The notes below the pieces were generated by a model. It made no database searches. It was not told the origin of the DNA and worked only from the letters and a program-made list of their open reading frames with translations. Shown in pieces: positions 26,628-37,650 of a stretch of DNA of 64,000 nt (position 1 is its first letter; every line of letters begins with the position of its first letter). A program made the translations under genes and the position numbers. Source of the stretch: Marsupella aquatica (lineage: Eukaryota; Plantae; Marchantiophyta); assembly GCA_973895155.1 (NCBI GenBank), contig OZ316893.1, forward strand, positions 26,214,798 through 26,278,797, in the 5' to 3' direction.

Positions 26628-28769
26628 ATGGAGGTTGATATGCATCATGCGTTCCATTCTGAAATGCGGCTGGAGGAGTTCGAAGATTATATGTTAAACG
26701 AACCCTGCCATGATTCAGACCTGATGTACCATCATAATGGCGAACAGCACGTGCATACCGCAGAATCATGGCATGACACTCTTGCAAATGCCAACGCTCT
26801 GCGCCGGCAGCATCAACAGCAGCATGAGCAGGTTCAACGTTTGCTTTACATTGAGCAGTGTTCGCCATCTCTAAGTCGGTCGAGCTCCCATGTCAGCACA
26901 GGGAGCGAGTCCTCGACGTGGTCGTTCAACAATGAACACAGCAATGATCCGCGAGTAGTAACCGGATTCGCCAGAGGTCAGATGACCAATCTTTGTTCCC
27001 CTCTCTCCGAGCTCACCCGAAGCTCTAGTTCGTCCCTACAAAGCCTTGATTCGGACGAGCTAGATGACTCGCATGCGCTTTCAGGATGTGACATGGTTGT
27101 GCACAGCAACAACCGTGCTCATCCTCAGATTTCAGACCAGGAGCATTTATCCATGGGCACGGACTTGAGCTCGTTGATGGATTCAATGCTCGGCGCTGAG
27201 GTTTCTGACCTGAGCGCTGCAATTAACGATAGAGTATTTTACGAGGACTGGAGCTCAGTCTCGCGGGGCCAGTCTCTCGAGGAGAAGCCTGAACTCTACG
27301 GATCCAGTCCCGTGTCTCCGTTGGATTTCTCAGACGAGTGCCATCGTGTTTTGAGTCCGCCGACGACCCAGGGAATTTCGACCGCGGAGCACGATGATCT
27401 CAGCCAGGACTTTCAGTTCTCCAACAACATTTTTGATGACGGGAGGCACCAGAAGTTCGGGAATGGGCATCTCCAGCTGCTGAACAGCAGCAACGAGGTA
27501 TCTTCTGGGCACACCAAGGACTTCTTTTACCAGCATTTGTCTTCGCAGATTTCGTTCGACAACTGCCACACACCCAGCGCGAATGGATTCGAGCCGCACC
27601 TCGCCCCGCACTTGGGCATCAAGACCGAGGACGATTTGAACGGGATACGTCTGGTGCATATGTTGCTCGCCGGTGCGGAGGCCGTGGCGAGCTCCAATGT
27701 CGATCTCGCCAACGTGATATTGGTTCGGCTCAAGGAACTAGTGTCACGCAGCGGGAGCACCATGCAGCGGGTGGCTGCATATTTCAGCGAGGGTCTCCAG
27801 TACAGGATTGAAGGGGTGAAGGGCTCTGAGAAGGCGTTCGAGCCCCAGAACGAATCCCTCAGCGCATTCCAAGTGATGCACGAGGTTTCGCCCTACATCA
27901 AATTCGGCCACTTCACGGCCAATCAGGCCATTCTTGAAGCATTTGAGGGAGAGAGAAGAGTGCACATCATGGACTACGACATCCTGGAAGGAATACAGTG
28001 GCCCTCATTGATGCAAGCGTTGGCTTGTAGACCGGGTGGACCTCCCCACCTCCGCATCACAGCAGTGTGTCGCCCGCACGTGAAGAGAGCTTTGGCTATG
28101 ACTCAGGAAACGGGCAAGAGACTCACGGAATTCGCTGCTTCCTTCAATATCCCATTCTCTTTCCATCAGGTCCGAATGGACAATGAGGATGAGTTTCGGC
28201 CGACGCTCCTGAAGCAGGTCAAAGGGGAATGTCTTGCTGTGAACTGTATGCTCCATCTTCCTCACATGCCGCATAGGCCGACCAAAGCCGTCGCTTCCTT
28301 TATGAAGGTAGTGCAGAAGTTGAACCCCAGGGTCTTCACTTTTGTAGAGGAGGAGCTGAGCTGCAGTGCTCCGACCTTCGTGGGCCACTTTTTCGAGGCT
28401 TTGCATCACTACTCCGCACTTTTTGATTCATTGGAGGCAACCCTGTCAATACAGAGCAAGGGCCGCCAGTTGATAGAACGAATTTTTCTTGCTCCCAGGA
28501 TCACCAACTTGCTGACTTCGAGCTGCTGCAACTCTGAGGGCCCCCTCGGGGCAACCGGTGGTGAAACCAATGGATCGACTCACTGGCATTCGCTTGTTCA
28601 AGCAGCAGGGTTTCAAAATAAACCGATCAGCGTCTACAATTTGTGTCAAGCGAAATTGCTGCTGGGGTTGTTCAATGAAGGGTACAAGGTGGAGGAGGAA
28701 AATCAGCGTCTGCTTCTCTCTTGGCGCTCCAAACCCTTGATTGCAGCTTCCGTCTGGCAATCTCCCTAA
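26628..28769 (+). CDS. NSP2: GRAS transcription factor, NSP2 (Nodulation Signaling Pathway 2) subfamily, intronless, ~713 aa
   Basis: First ATG at 26628. LVHMLLAGAEA, ANVILVRLKELVS, STMQRVAAYF, SPYIKFGHFTANQAILEA, VHIMDYDILEGIQW, PHLRITA, QETGKRLTEFAAS, NCMLHLPH, ALHHYSALFDSLE, ERIFLAPRI, LIAASVW are characteristic of NSP2. Confidence 0.9.
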   Translation: MEVDMHHAFHSEMRLEEFEDYMLNEPCHDSDLMYHHNGEQHVHTAESWHDTLANANALRRQHQQQHEQVQRLLYIEQCSPSLSRSSSHVSTGSESSTWSFNNEHSNDPRVVTGFARGQMTNLCSPLSELTRSSSSSLQSLDSDELDDSHALSGCDMVVHSNNRAHPQISDQEHLSMGTDLSSLMDSMLGAEVSDLSAAINDRVFYEDWSSVSRGQSLEEKPELYGSSPVSPLDFSDECHRVLSPPTTQGISTAEHDDLSQDFQFSNNIFDDGRHQKFGNGHLQLLNSSNEVSSGHTKDFFYQHLSSQISFDNCHTPSANGFEPHLAPHLGIKTEDDLNGIRLVHMLLAGAEAVASSNVDLANVILVRLKELVSRSGSTMQRVAAYFSEGLQYRIEGVKGSEKAFEPQNESLSAFQVMHEVSPYIKFGHFTANQAILEAFEGERRVHIMDYDILEGIQWPSLMQALACRPGGPPHLRITAVCRPHVKRALAMTQETGKRLTEFAASFNIPFSFHQVRMDNEDEFRPTLLKQVKGECLAVNCMLHLPHMPHRPTKAVASFMKVVQKLNPRVFTFVEEELSCSAPTFVGHFFEALHHYSALFDSLEATLSIQSKGRQLIERIFLAPRITNLLTSSCCNSEGPLGATGGETNGSTHWHSLVQAAGFQNKPISVYNLCQAKLLLGLFNEGYKVEEENQRLLLSWRSKPLIAASVWQSP
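27713..27733 (+). promoter_or_regulatory. miR171 (miR171h-type) target site in the NSP2 CDS
   Basis: CGTGATATTGGTTCGGCTCAA is complementary to UUGAGCCGAACCAAUAUCACG. It lies at the VILVRLK position where miR171h targets legume NSP2. Confidence 0.8.
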
Positions 28770-29607
28770 TTATACCTCAAGTTCCAGTGTCACCGTATCA
28801 GCGAAATGCGTGTGCCTGAGTAGTTTAATTCGACGAGATTCATTATCGCTACTTTCAGACGAAAGATTGAAAAATCTATTCTCTACCTTCCAGTTCTGTA
28901 CACATGACTTTGACATGATCTTGACCTAAGTAAGATTCATGAGTGTATACCGTCGTGGATACATGTGGATTACGACTCTGCAAATTTTAGTGTTCTCCAC
29001 GCTTTTCCACAGAGTTTTGGGTAGTTCCGGGTTTGAAATCTTTTTTTCTACACCAGTATACCAGTGAGGAAGAAAGCGGGAGAAACTTCCGAGTTGACCA
29101 ATTGAAGCTTTCGCCGAACTGGGTCATGTGTAACCTCGAGTGACGGTGACGTTGCATTTTATGTATATAACAGAGTTGCACGGATTTCACCGGACATTTT
29201 TTGTTTTTTTTTGGGTTATGGCTTTGTTAGGACCTGAGCGCCATAGGTGTTCAGTGTGACAATTGGACCAAGGGAAAAGTCCAACAGTCACCGATGATAT
29301 CGATCTTGTATGCGAATCATCAAATAAAGTTATCAGAATGGCAGATTACGAATCTATTGCGTATGTGTGTCGAGACTGTTGTTCGATCCTGTCTCATGGA
29401 TTTCGGTTCTCCTCTCGTGAACTCGTTGACACAAACTCGCGGCTTTGACAATTAAACGTCTCGAACGACTTGAAGGTGTCTATCATTAATTTCTGCTCTG
29501 GAGCGCCTTCTGCCATTGATACCGGCGGAATTGAAGTAACAAAAGTCGGTTTATAAAGTGCCTTTTGAGCTAAATTTGCTGAGGAAGTGCACTGAACACA
29601 AGCCGCG

Positions 29608-29725
29608 CACACGTCATTCAACATCATTTAGTGAAATCTCATCAATCAATAGACCTTTGCTTCTTAACACGTCATTCAACATCATTTAGTGAAATCTCAT
29701 CAATCAATAGACCTTTGCTTCTTAA
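29608..29725. repeat. 59-bp tandem duplication
   Basis: ACACGTCATTCAACATC...CTTTGCTTCTTAA twice. Confidence 0.9.
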
Positions 29726-31881
29726 AGTCTGTCGAATTATTTTCAGACCAGCCTCTTTGCTTTCAGGGTTGTTTTAAGACGCGACAAATATCGTCATCTC
29801 CGTGCCCCCAAGATAGAGAAAAGTCGGAGAGCGCCTTACATACAGCCGTCATTCATCTATTCTACCAGTGACCAAGACATAGAGCCACACATAGGTCAGG
29901 TGTCCTTCGTGGAGTTGTCGCCGATCACGTACGGATATAGTCTACCTTTTGAGATCATATATATATATATATCTAAATATTTGTATCAGGTGTCCGTCTT
30001 GGAGTTGCGAATCTTGATCTACTAGGAACTGTCGACCTTTCCGAGATCGTGTCGATTTACGTGTGACGGTCTGACGAAATAGTGCCTTTATCGTTCAAAC
30101 TTTTCTCTGATGTTTTCACTTTTGTTGCGTCTGTACTGTTGTTGAGTGAGTGGTGTCTTGCTGGTGCCCTGAACTCAGCAATTTCTATCATCAAATGTGG
30201 CTACCTAACAACAAGCATGATGGCCTGGGGTGGGGCTTGATCCGTCATATCATCCCGAGATACGCAAATGGATCGACTTGATTTCAAAATGGATCTGACG
30301 GTGCGTCAAGGTGGTACGTAGACCCAGTACGTCTGCACATGGCTGCAGCTGACGAAGCCCTTCTAACCAATACTTATCTTAAATTTCTATTCCTTCCCTG
30401 CAAGCAACCAGGCCTACTACTTAATATTAGATTCTGCCTTGGTCCCATGGATTTTAATCATCATGCGTCCCATGACGAGCTTGTTATATATATATACAGG
30501 ACGGATACGCATCACTTGATACAATCATTCATTCTTTATGTAGATCCATAATTATGTCAGACTCGGATGCCTGCAGGTCAAGCACATTTTCTCGAGAAGT
30601 TGGAGAATCCTGAGCATCGATGTGTCGAATTCCTTACAGACACGATCTCATCCGTCGAGTGAAGGTCTACCACGTCATGGGACAGAGCACAATGGATTAA
30701 AGGACCATGTCAAGAGCTACAGTAGGAGCCATTTTCCTCCCGTAATCTGATACACAGCGCCGCACAGTGTAATGTTTGCACTTCTCCCAGGAGCACCATG
30801 CAAAGTAAGTAAGAGCGAATTCCACAATGAAGCTCTTAAGCACTCCATTCATGTCACGTATTGATCGATTAAGGGCGATACTCGAAGTGCGAAGTCTTAG
30901 AACTTTAGTTAGTGAGCAATTCGAGTAGAGTGATTAGCTTCATTCCAATCAACTGTTCAAAGCAGAGGTCTGCAATTCAAATAGTATTCTGTTCCGTTGT
31001 CGTTCACTTTTCTACCTCGGACCTGTTCTCAATTCCTGGCCCCATTCTTCGCGGGTGATCAGATTGAATCAGTGCAGCTCTCAGCAAAAGAGCGAATTTT
31101 ACCCTTTATTGTCGGGGGACGGTGGCTACGTGTAAGGCCTAGGTAGCTACCATGGCATTTTTTTGTTCACGATTTATTCCGCTCTCTCTCCTTTGGGCAC
31201 GCACCCACCTTCGGCCTGCATGCGGGCCCCCATACAAAAAAAAAGAACACAACCCTCACAAGAAATCACAAATTCGGATCTGCTATGCTACAAAATGCCG
31301 TTTCCGAAAGCTTTCGATGGGACAAACGGTGAAATGCTTGACAATCCTCCGCACAGCTCAGCGTTCTGGACAACTTGGGAACCAAATTTAGCACTTCCCT
31401 TCTTCTCCTTCAAGCATAAAGAATCTTTTGAGTCTGCTGCAGCTTGCACCCACCACCCTTCGTTTCCTCGCGTTCTGTGCTCGCTTGCTTGCTGATGAAC
31501 GGATTCATGAGTACGCAAACACTAGCACCTCGCTTGAATGAGAATCGATTGCTCATCAGATTATCGATCGATCCATTATTCATCTGTATCCGCCCTCGTA
31601 TGCGCCTAGTCCGGTGCTCCACATATTTCAGCCGCTGAGTACTGTATACTGTATGCAAATTCGCGGACAAAGTGACCGGCCGATGATACCCCCAGACTTG
31701 CATTAATCAAAAACCCAATCCCGACTCAACGATTCAGTCAGCCGCTTTTTGTCTTGAGCTCTCTTTGCAATCTCTCTTCATCTCTTGTAAATATACATCA
31801 CACAGCCAACGAACAAAGGTACCAAACCGGGAGCTAGAAAGGGGGAAGACCTTCAGACTGGACGATCGAAGGAAGAACTCC

Positions 31882-31971
31882 ATGGCGATCAACCTACAGT
31901 TGCTTTCGGTCAAGACAGTCCAGTGTTGGCGATCAACCTACAGTTGCTTTCGGTCAAGACAGTCCAGTGTT
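31882..31971. repeat. ~45-bp tandem duplication
   Basis: TGGCGATCAACCTACAGTTGCTTTCGGTCAAGACAGTCCAGTGT twice. Confidence 0.9.
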
Positions 31972-32313
31972 CATCTGATAATAAGTGCAGTCAATATTGC
32001 CTCGGAAGGTTTCTTCCGATGCAGACTCAACGAGGAAGGTATGGAATCACCTTAATTTCTCATGTTTTTTCTTGTTAGCCAAGAAGGCAAATGTCACCTT
32101 GTGTGAAGGAGAAGATGCTAGGAAGATTCCCTGTCTAACTTTAGTCGACTCATTTCTGACTGATAACCATCAGATTTTGGCTAATGGGGTCTATGGCAGG
32201 GACTGGCTAATGGGGTCTAGCTAGTGGGGAACTGGCTGATGGGGTCTGTGGTGGGAAACTACAGTAGCTAAAGGGGTCTACTGTAGGTGGGGTGTCGTGA
32301 CATGTAGGTGGGG

Positions 32314-32489
32314 TGTCGTGACATATAGTATCGTAGTCGTGATGTATCGAAAATATACAAGTCACCGGCAATACATATGTGCAAGCTGCTAGCAACCAAC
32401 ATCCTTAAAAAAAGTCCAATCACATTCACAAGTGCCAAGAAAAAGCAACTGAGGTGGCATGTACGTGGTGGAGGTGTAAACCTCTGTAT
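32314..32489 (-). repeat. Split direct repeat B2 (terminal, ends CA)
   Basis: Near-identical to 32850-33025. Confidence 0.9.
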
Positions 32490-32847
32490 ATAAAAGGCGT
32501 AAGAGAAACAATCGTACTGAAATCAAATCGAAAACCGATGGGATGCCAAGATCGGCCGGGAGCATCTAACGAATCACTGTGTGAATCCCGTGTACGGAAC
32601 TCACGAGCACTGTCTGAGCTCTGTCAACAACGATTCAAGAAGAACTGAAAACCCACAAAGAAAGACATGCCCTAAGTAAACAAAGTCCTGGCGTCACACT
32701 AACAAGCGTGTTTGCTTCAAGAATGCCTCGCATTTGCTATAAGAACATGTCGCTAACTCAAGTAGTACACTAGCCCTAACTACATACCTAGCGGGCATGC
32801 AAGGGACATGCCGATGTGCACAAGAGGCACTGTCCCTCGACATGACA
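32490..32847 (-). repeat. Split direct repeat A2
   Basis: Near-identical to 42455-42812. Confidence 0.95.
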
Positions 32848-32849
32848 GT

Positions 32850-33025
32850 TGTCGTGACATATAGTATCGTAGTCATAGTGTATCGAAAACATACAAGTCA
32901 CCGGCAATGCATATGTGCAAGCTGCTAGCAACCAACATCCTTAAAAAAAGTCCAATCACATTCACAAGTGCCAAGAAAAAGCAACTGAGGTGGTATGTAC
33001 GTGGTGGAGGTGTAAACCTCTCTAT
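32850..33025 (-). repeat. Split direct repeat B1
   Basis: Near-identical to 32314-32489; separated from A2 by 2 bp. Confidence 0.9.
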
Positions 33026-35691
33026 CCCCCCCAGACCACAACCAAAAGGAGAGCTGAAGAAAAGTCAGGTAGCACGTGGAGCACAGGAAGGACAAAACCA
33101 TACCCCTTTTGGCACCTGGGTAAGTTCAGGCCGAAGGCAGAAAAGATGGTACCCTCCATTGCAATTATCACATAGCAGCATCTGGTCAGCATCATCAATT
33201 CTCAAACACACTTTGCAAGGGTAGTCCACAGGTGGAATCGAGGTAGAAGTCACAATGGTGGGATCCAGGTTGGGCAGATGACAAGGGGCGCAATTCTTGG
33301 CATTGTCAGCAATTGTGCGCCCATCTGCCCCTTGCAACTCTAGCACTCCAGACGGTCGAATAGCCTTAACCCTGAGAATGGTACGACTGGTAGAGGTGTC
33401 CAGGGTGTCGTTAGCTTTCCACTGCAAGTACACAAAATCTCCCACATCAAACTTCCTGACCTTGGGCTGAAAAGTGCCCCCTCGTGTGTGTGCATAACGC
33501 AGTGTGTCCCTGTGTTGTGCAATGGCCAAATTCTCCATGGCCATGGGCATAACCCTCCTAAATAGGGCAGCCCTCTTAGAGATCACATCAGACCAAGTCA
33601 CAGCTGAATCCAAGTCCACCACCTGAAGCATGTGAGCAGCAATAGCAGAAGGTGGAACTGGGTGACGACCAAATAACAAGAAGTAGAGAGAAAAGTTAGA
33701 CAGTGATGCATGTCTAGACATCCTATACCCCATGGCAATGTAGGGTAAGGCCAGGTCCCAATCCTCCTTGTTTTTGGTGAGGCAAATCTTTCGGAGACCC
33801 TTCTTGCATGTCTGAACCATGCGCTCTGCCAAGCCATCTGCCTGTGGGTGATCTCGTGATGTCCGGCGATGATCAATGAGGGCCTGATCAAGCAGCTCCT
33901 GGAACTCTCCTCTAAACTCTGAGCCCTGGTCAGTGAGACATTCTGCTCAAGCTCCAAAGCGGCTGAGAACTTGTTGCAGGAATGTCTGGCTGGTGCTACG
34001 GGAGGTCTTATCCGGCAATGCCACAAGTTCTATCCACTTGGAGAAATGCTCTATCATGATCATGATGTAGAGATTACCCCGAGATGTGAGGGGTAATTCT
34101 CCAGCCAAATCACATGACCAACGATAAAACATGCCCTGAATAGGGAGTGGATGAAGTGTGGGTTGCCGAGATGTGAAAGAAGTCCTTACCCTATCACACT
34201 GCTCACACCGGGCAATAACATCTCGAACCTGGCCATGCATGCCTCTCCAATGATAATGAGGAACCAAGAGGCTGTAAGTTCTCTTAACGCCAAAATGACC
34301 AAGCTCAGAATGTACCTTACGGATAAGGCCAACCCTCTCATGAATGGGTGGAACCACCACTTCCCTGTTTGGCAAGCAACGCACGAGATGATCTCCCTTC
34401 CACAAGTAGCGCTTGGACCTTTGCTGAATTCGGTCTCTCTGGGCAGCAGTAACATGTGTGGGGTACTTCCCATGCTGCAGAAATCTCAGAGTGTCGCTGT
34501 CCTCCCATATGTCCACCACAGGTTGGTCAACAACATAGCATGGCAGCAAAGCAAGATAGGTCGATGCATGAAATGTAGGTAGGATGGAAACCTAGTCAAA
34601 ATCTTGCCGTGGATCTGAGGAATCATCAGAGGTAATCAAAGGGCTGCGGGACATAGTGTCAGCATTCTGATGTGTCAAACCAGGCCTATGAATTACCTCA
34701 AAGTCATACTCCTGGATGATGAGTGCCCAACGAGCAAGCTTGCCAGTAAGCTTGTCGTTAGTCATCAACCACTTCAAGGGCTGGTGGTCGGTGTAGAGAG
34801 TAAACCTGGTCCCATAGAGGTAGGGCCTATAATGTATGACAGCCCACACAACAGCAAGGCATTCACCCTCATAAGAAGAATAATGACTCTCTGCCTGATT
34901 GTTGCTCCTGGATGCATAGGCAATGACGTACTCTTTACCTTCCTCATCATGCTGGCCCAGAATGGCACCAATCCCAAGGGCACTCCAATCTGTGTGTAAC
35001 ACAAAGACCTTGCTGAAATCAGGTCTTCTCAGCACCGGGTATTCTGAGAGCTTCTCCTTCAAAGTGGCAAATGCTGCCTCAGCATCTGTACTCCATGTCC
35101 AAGTCACATTCTTTTTCAACAAAGCATACAATGGGTGTGCAATGGTACTAAAATCTTTGATGTAGATCTGGTAGTAATTGCACAACCCAATAAAACTTCT
35201 CAAAGTGTGAACATCAGTAGGAGTGGGCATTTCCAAGATGGATACCACCTTGGCCCAGTGACCCATGGTTCCATTTGGAAGAATGTGATGCCCAAGATAT
35301 ACTACTGATCTGACAGCAAATTCACACTTCTTGGGGTGTATCTTTAGGTTCACCTTCTTAAGCCTCATGAATAGCTCCTCAAGGTCAAGTAGATGCTGGT
35401 CAAATCCTTTGCTGTGGACCAACACATCATCAATGTAGCATTTCAGAAACTCAACACCTTGAAGAACCTGGTCCATGACTCTTTGAAAGAATATGGGTGC
35501 ATTCTTCAAGCCAAATGGCATCACCAACCACTCCCATAGTTGGTTACTACCATGGAAAGCTGTTTTCTTGCGATCCTTTGCAAACAGCAAAATCTGGTTA
35601 AAGCCTTGCCTTAGATCCACAAGAATGAAGATGTCTGAGTCTCCAATGCTGTCAAATAGCTCCTCTGGCCGTGGCATGGGGTACCTGTCCT

Positions 35692-35988
35692 CTCGGGGGT
35701 CTCACTATATGGGGACCTCCCCATCGCCTGCGACGTTTTTAGGCCTCGGACCCCCTAAAATGTAAGAAGAAAAATTTATTTTTTAACCCCTGTAAAGTTG
35801 GAATATTCTTGGAATATTCTAAAAATTGGATTAAAAAGACCCTAATATTCTTATAAGTCTCAAAAATAAATTTAAAAGACCCTATTGTTCTTCTACAAAA
35901 ATTCTTAAGTCTTCCCTTAGAACCAATAAAATGACCCTATCCTTCGTCGCACGTGATATGCCATTTTTGTGGAAGTGAAACCCCCGAG
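35692..35988. mobile_element. 297-bp MITE nested in the RT domain
   Basis: 15-bp TIRs CTCGGGGGTCTCACT / AGTGAAACCCCCGAG (14/15) and a perfect 8-bp TSD CCTGTCCT (35684-35691, 35989-35996). It splits TPQDR|YPMP. Confidence 0.92.
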
Positions 35989-36699
35989 CCTGTCCTGGGG
36001 TGTGACCAGGTTCAGTGGCCTGTAGTCCCCACACATGCGCTTCTCTGTCCACAATCCACTGGAATCCTTCTTTGCTGGCATCACTATAGCTGTTGTAAAA
36101 TCTGATGTAGATGGCTGAATAAAACCAGCTTCATATAACTCTTGGCACCTCTCATCCACCAGCTGCCACTCATGCTTACTCAAACAATGTCTCCGTCTGA
36201 AGATAGGTGTTTCATCAACCAACTCAATGGAGAACTGCATGGTCTTGCACTTACCCAAGTCCTTCATAGAGAAAGCAAACACGTTCTCATGCTTGAGGAG
36301 CAAATTTAGCAGTTGGTCCTTCTGTCTTCTACTCAAGTGGTTGCCCATGATGAATGTGTAGTTGGCAACACTAGGAATAGGACCTGATGTACTCGTGCTT
36401 GAAGAGCCAAAAGTGCCAGCCTCTCCACTGTCCAAGCTGCTAGCATGCTGCTGATAAGGTGATGAGGCCTCTCCATGGCCTGTTGTATCTGTTACACTGG
36501 TCTCATCCACACCATGAAACTCAGAAATAATATCAGCCACATTACAAGGGACCTCCTCCCCCCCAACACTTGGACTGAAGCGATGAGTGTTGAATAGAGG
36601 TACTTCGTGCACTTGGTCTGGATGCCATGTAGCAGCACCATGGAGTGGTAGGGCTGGAACTCCTGATGCTGGATGAATGTACATCTGAAAAAGGATGCA

Positions 36700-37650
36700 A
36701 GTGACCAGAAGCCAAGTGAGAGCATTAAGATCCATTACCCTGCCAAGTAAAGCATTCATGGCCAGCTTGGTGATTTTGGTGTGGCCTGTAGTACCGGGGT
36801 GGAAGCCCATAGCCCGTTCTCTCTCCTCAGGACTAGGTTCATCCCATGTACCGGTAGAATGTTGATAAATCAGGCCAGGACCATCACCTTGAAAAGCATG
36901 TGCACTTGGAAAGGACACAAATGTAGGCCAAGCAGCACGGGGCTGTCCAATGGTATTGGCTGGATACCAAGGTGCTGGCTCTTGCCGTGTAACTGGTTGG
37001 CAAGAACTGTCAGGATCCAAAATCTGGTCCACTGTGAGGTTAGTGTCCCTGGATCTGTGGTGAAGAGCTAACTCTAGCAAGGAAGGTGGTGCAAGGTTAG
37101 TCCAAAAGTTACGAAGACGATGTGCATAAGAACCACAGTGCACTGCATCAATGAGAAGGGGTGGTCCCAAGTAGTGCTAGACCACACTGAAATCCTCTTT
37201 GACCTGTGGACACTGGTCAAACTGAGATGGAGTATTCTCAATGATATAACCAACAGCAGGATAAAGGGATTGAGCCCAGGTGAGAATCTGAACCAATGCT
37301 GTGAAAAGGCCAGAACAAGAATCATGCAGTCCAGCACCGTGACCAGCAGCTAAAAACCCTTGGCATTCCCAACCAGCTATGATCAAATCAAGGGAGCCAA
37401 GAAGGGTTAAGTGCCGGTGCTGGACAAGCTGGATATCTGGAGGGAAGAAAGAAAATGCAGACTTCCATGCACTGAGTGGAAATTGCAGGGGAAATCGCTC
37501 TGAAAATTCCAGTACACGGGATTCAGCCACTTGCCTTGCACCTGGATCAATGTTCACGTAGATGTACTGCTTCACCACCATGCCGGACTATAGGAGAGCT
37601 TCCAGGCCTGTAGAAATGCCACCAAAAATCTCAAGCAATGTAAGGTCATT
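36700..37650 (-). pseudogene. DNMT3/DRM-like C5 cytosine methyltransferase domain within pol
   Basis: Motif I LLEIFGGIS, II YIYVNID, IV DLIIAGWECQG, V SGLF, VI YIIENT, VIII AHRLRNFWTNL, IX ERERAMGFHPGTT, X LLGRVMD, in canonical order. Interrupted by TAG at 37588 and 37177. Confidence 0.85.

Noticed and set aside
32282-32323. 21-bp direct repeat TGTAGGTGGGGTGTCGTGACA at the element end as a TSD
   Set aside because: Both copies are on one side and span the flank/terminus junction, so it is better explained as a local post-insertion tandem duplication.
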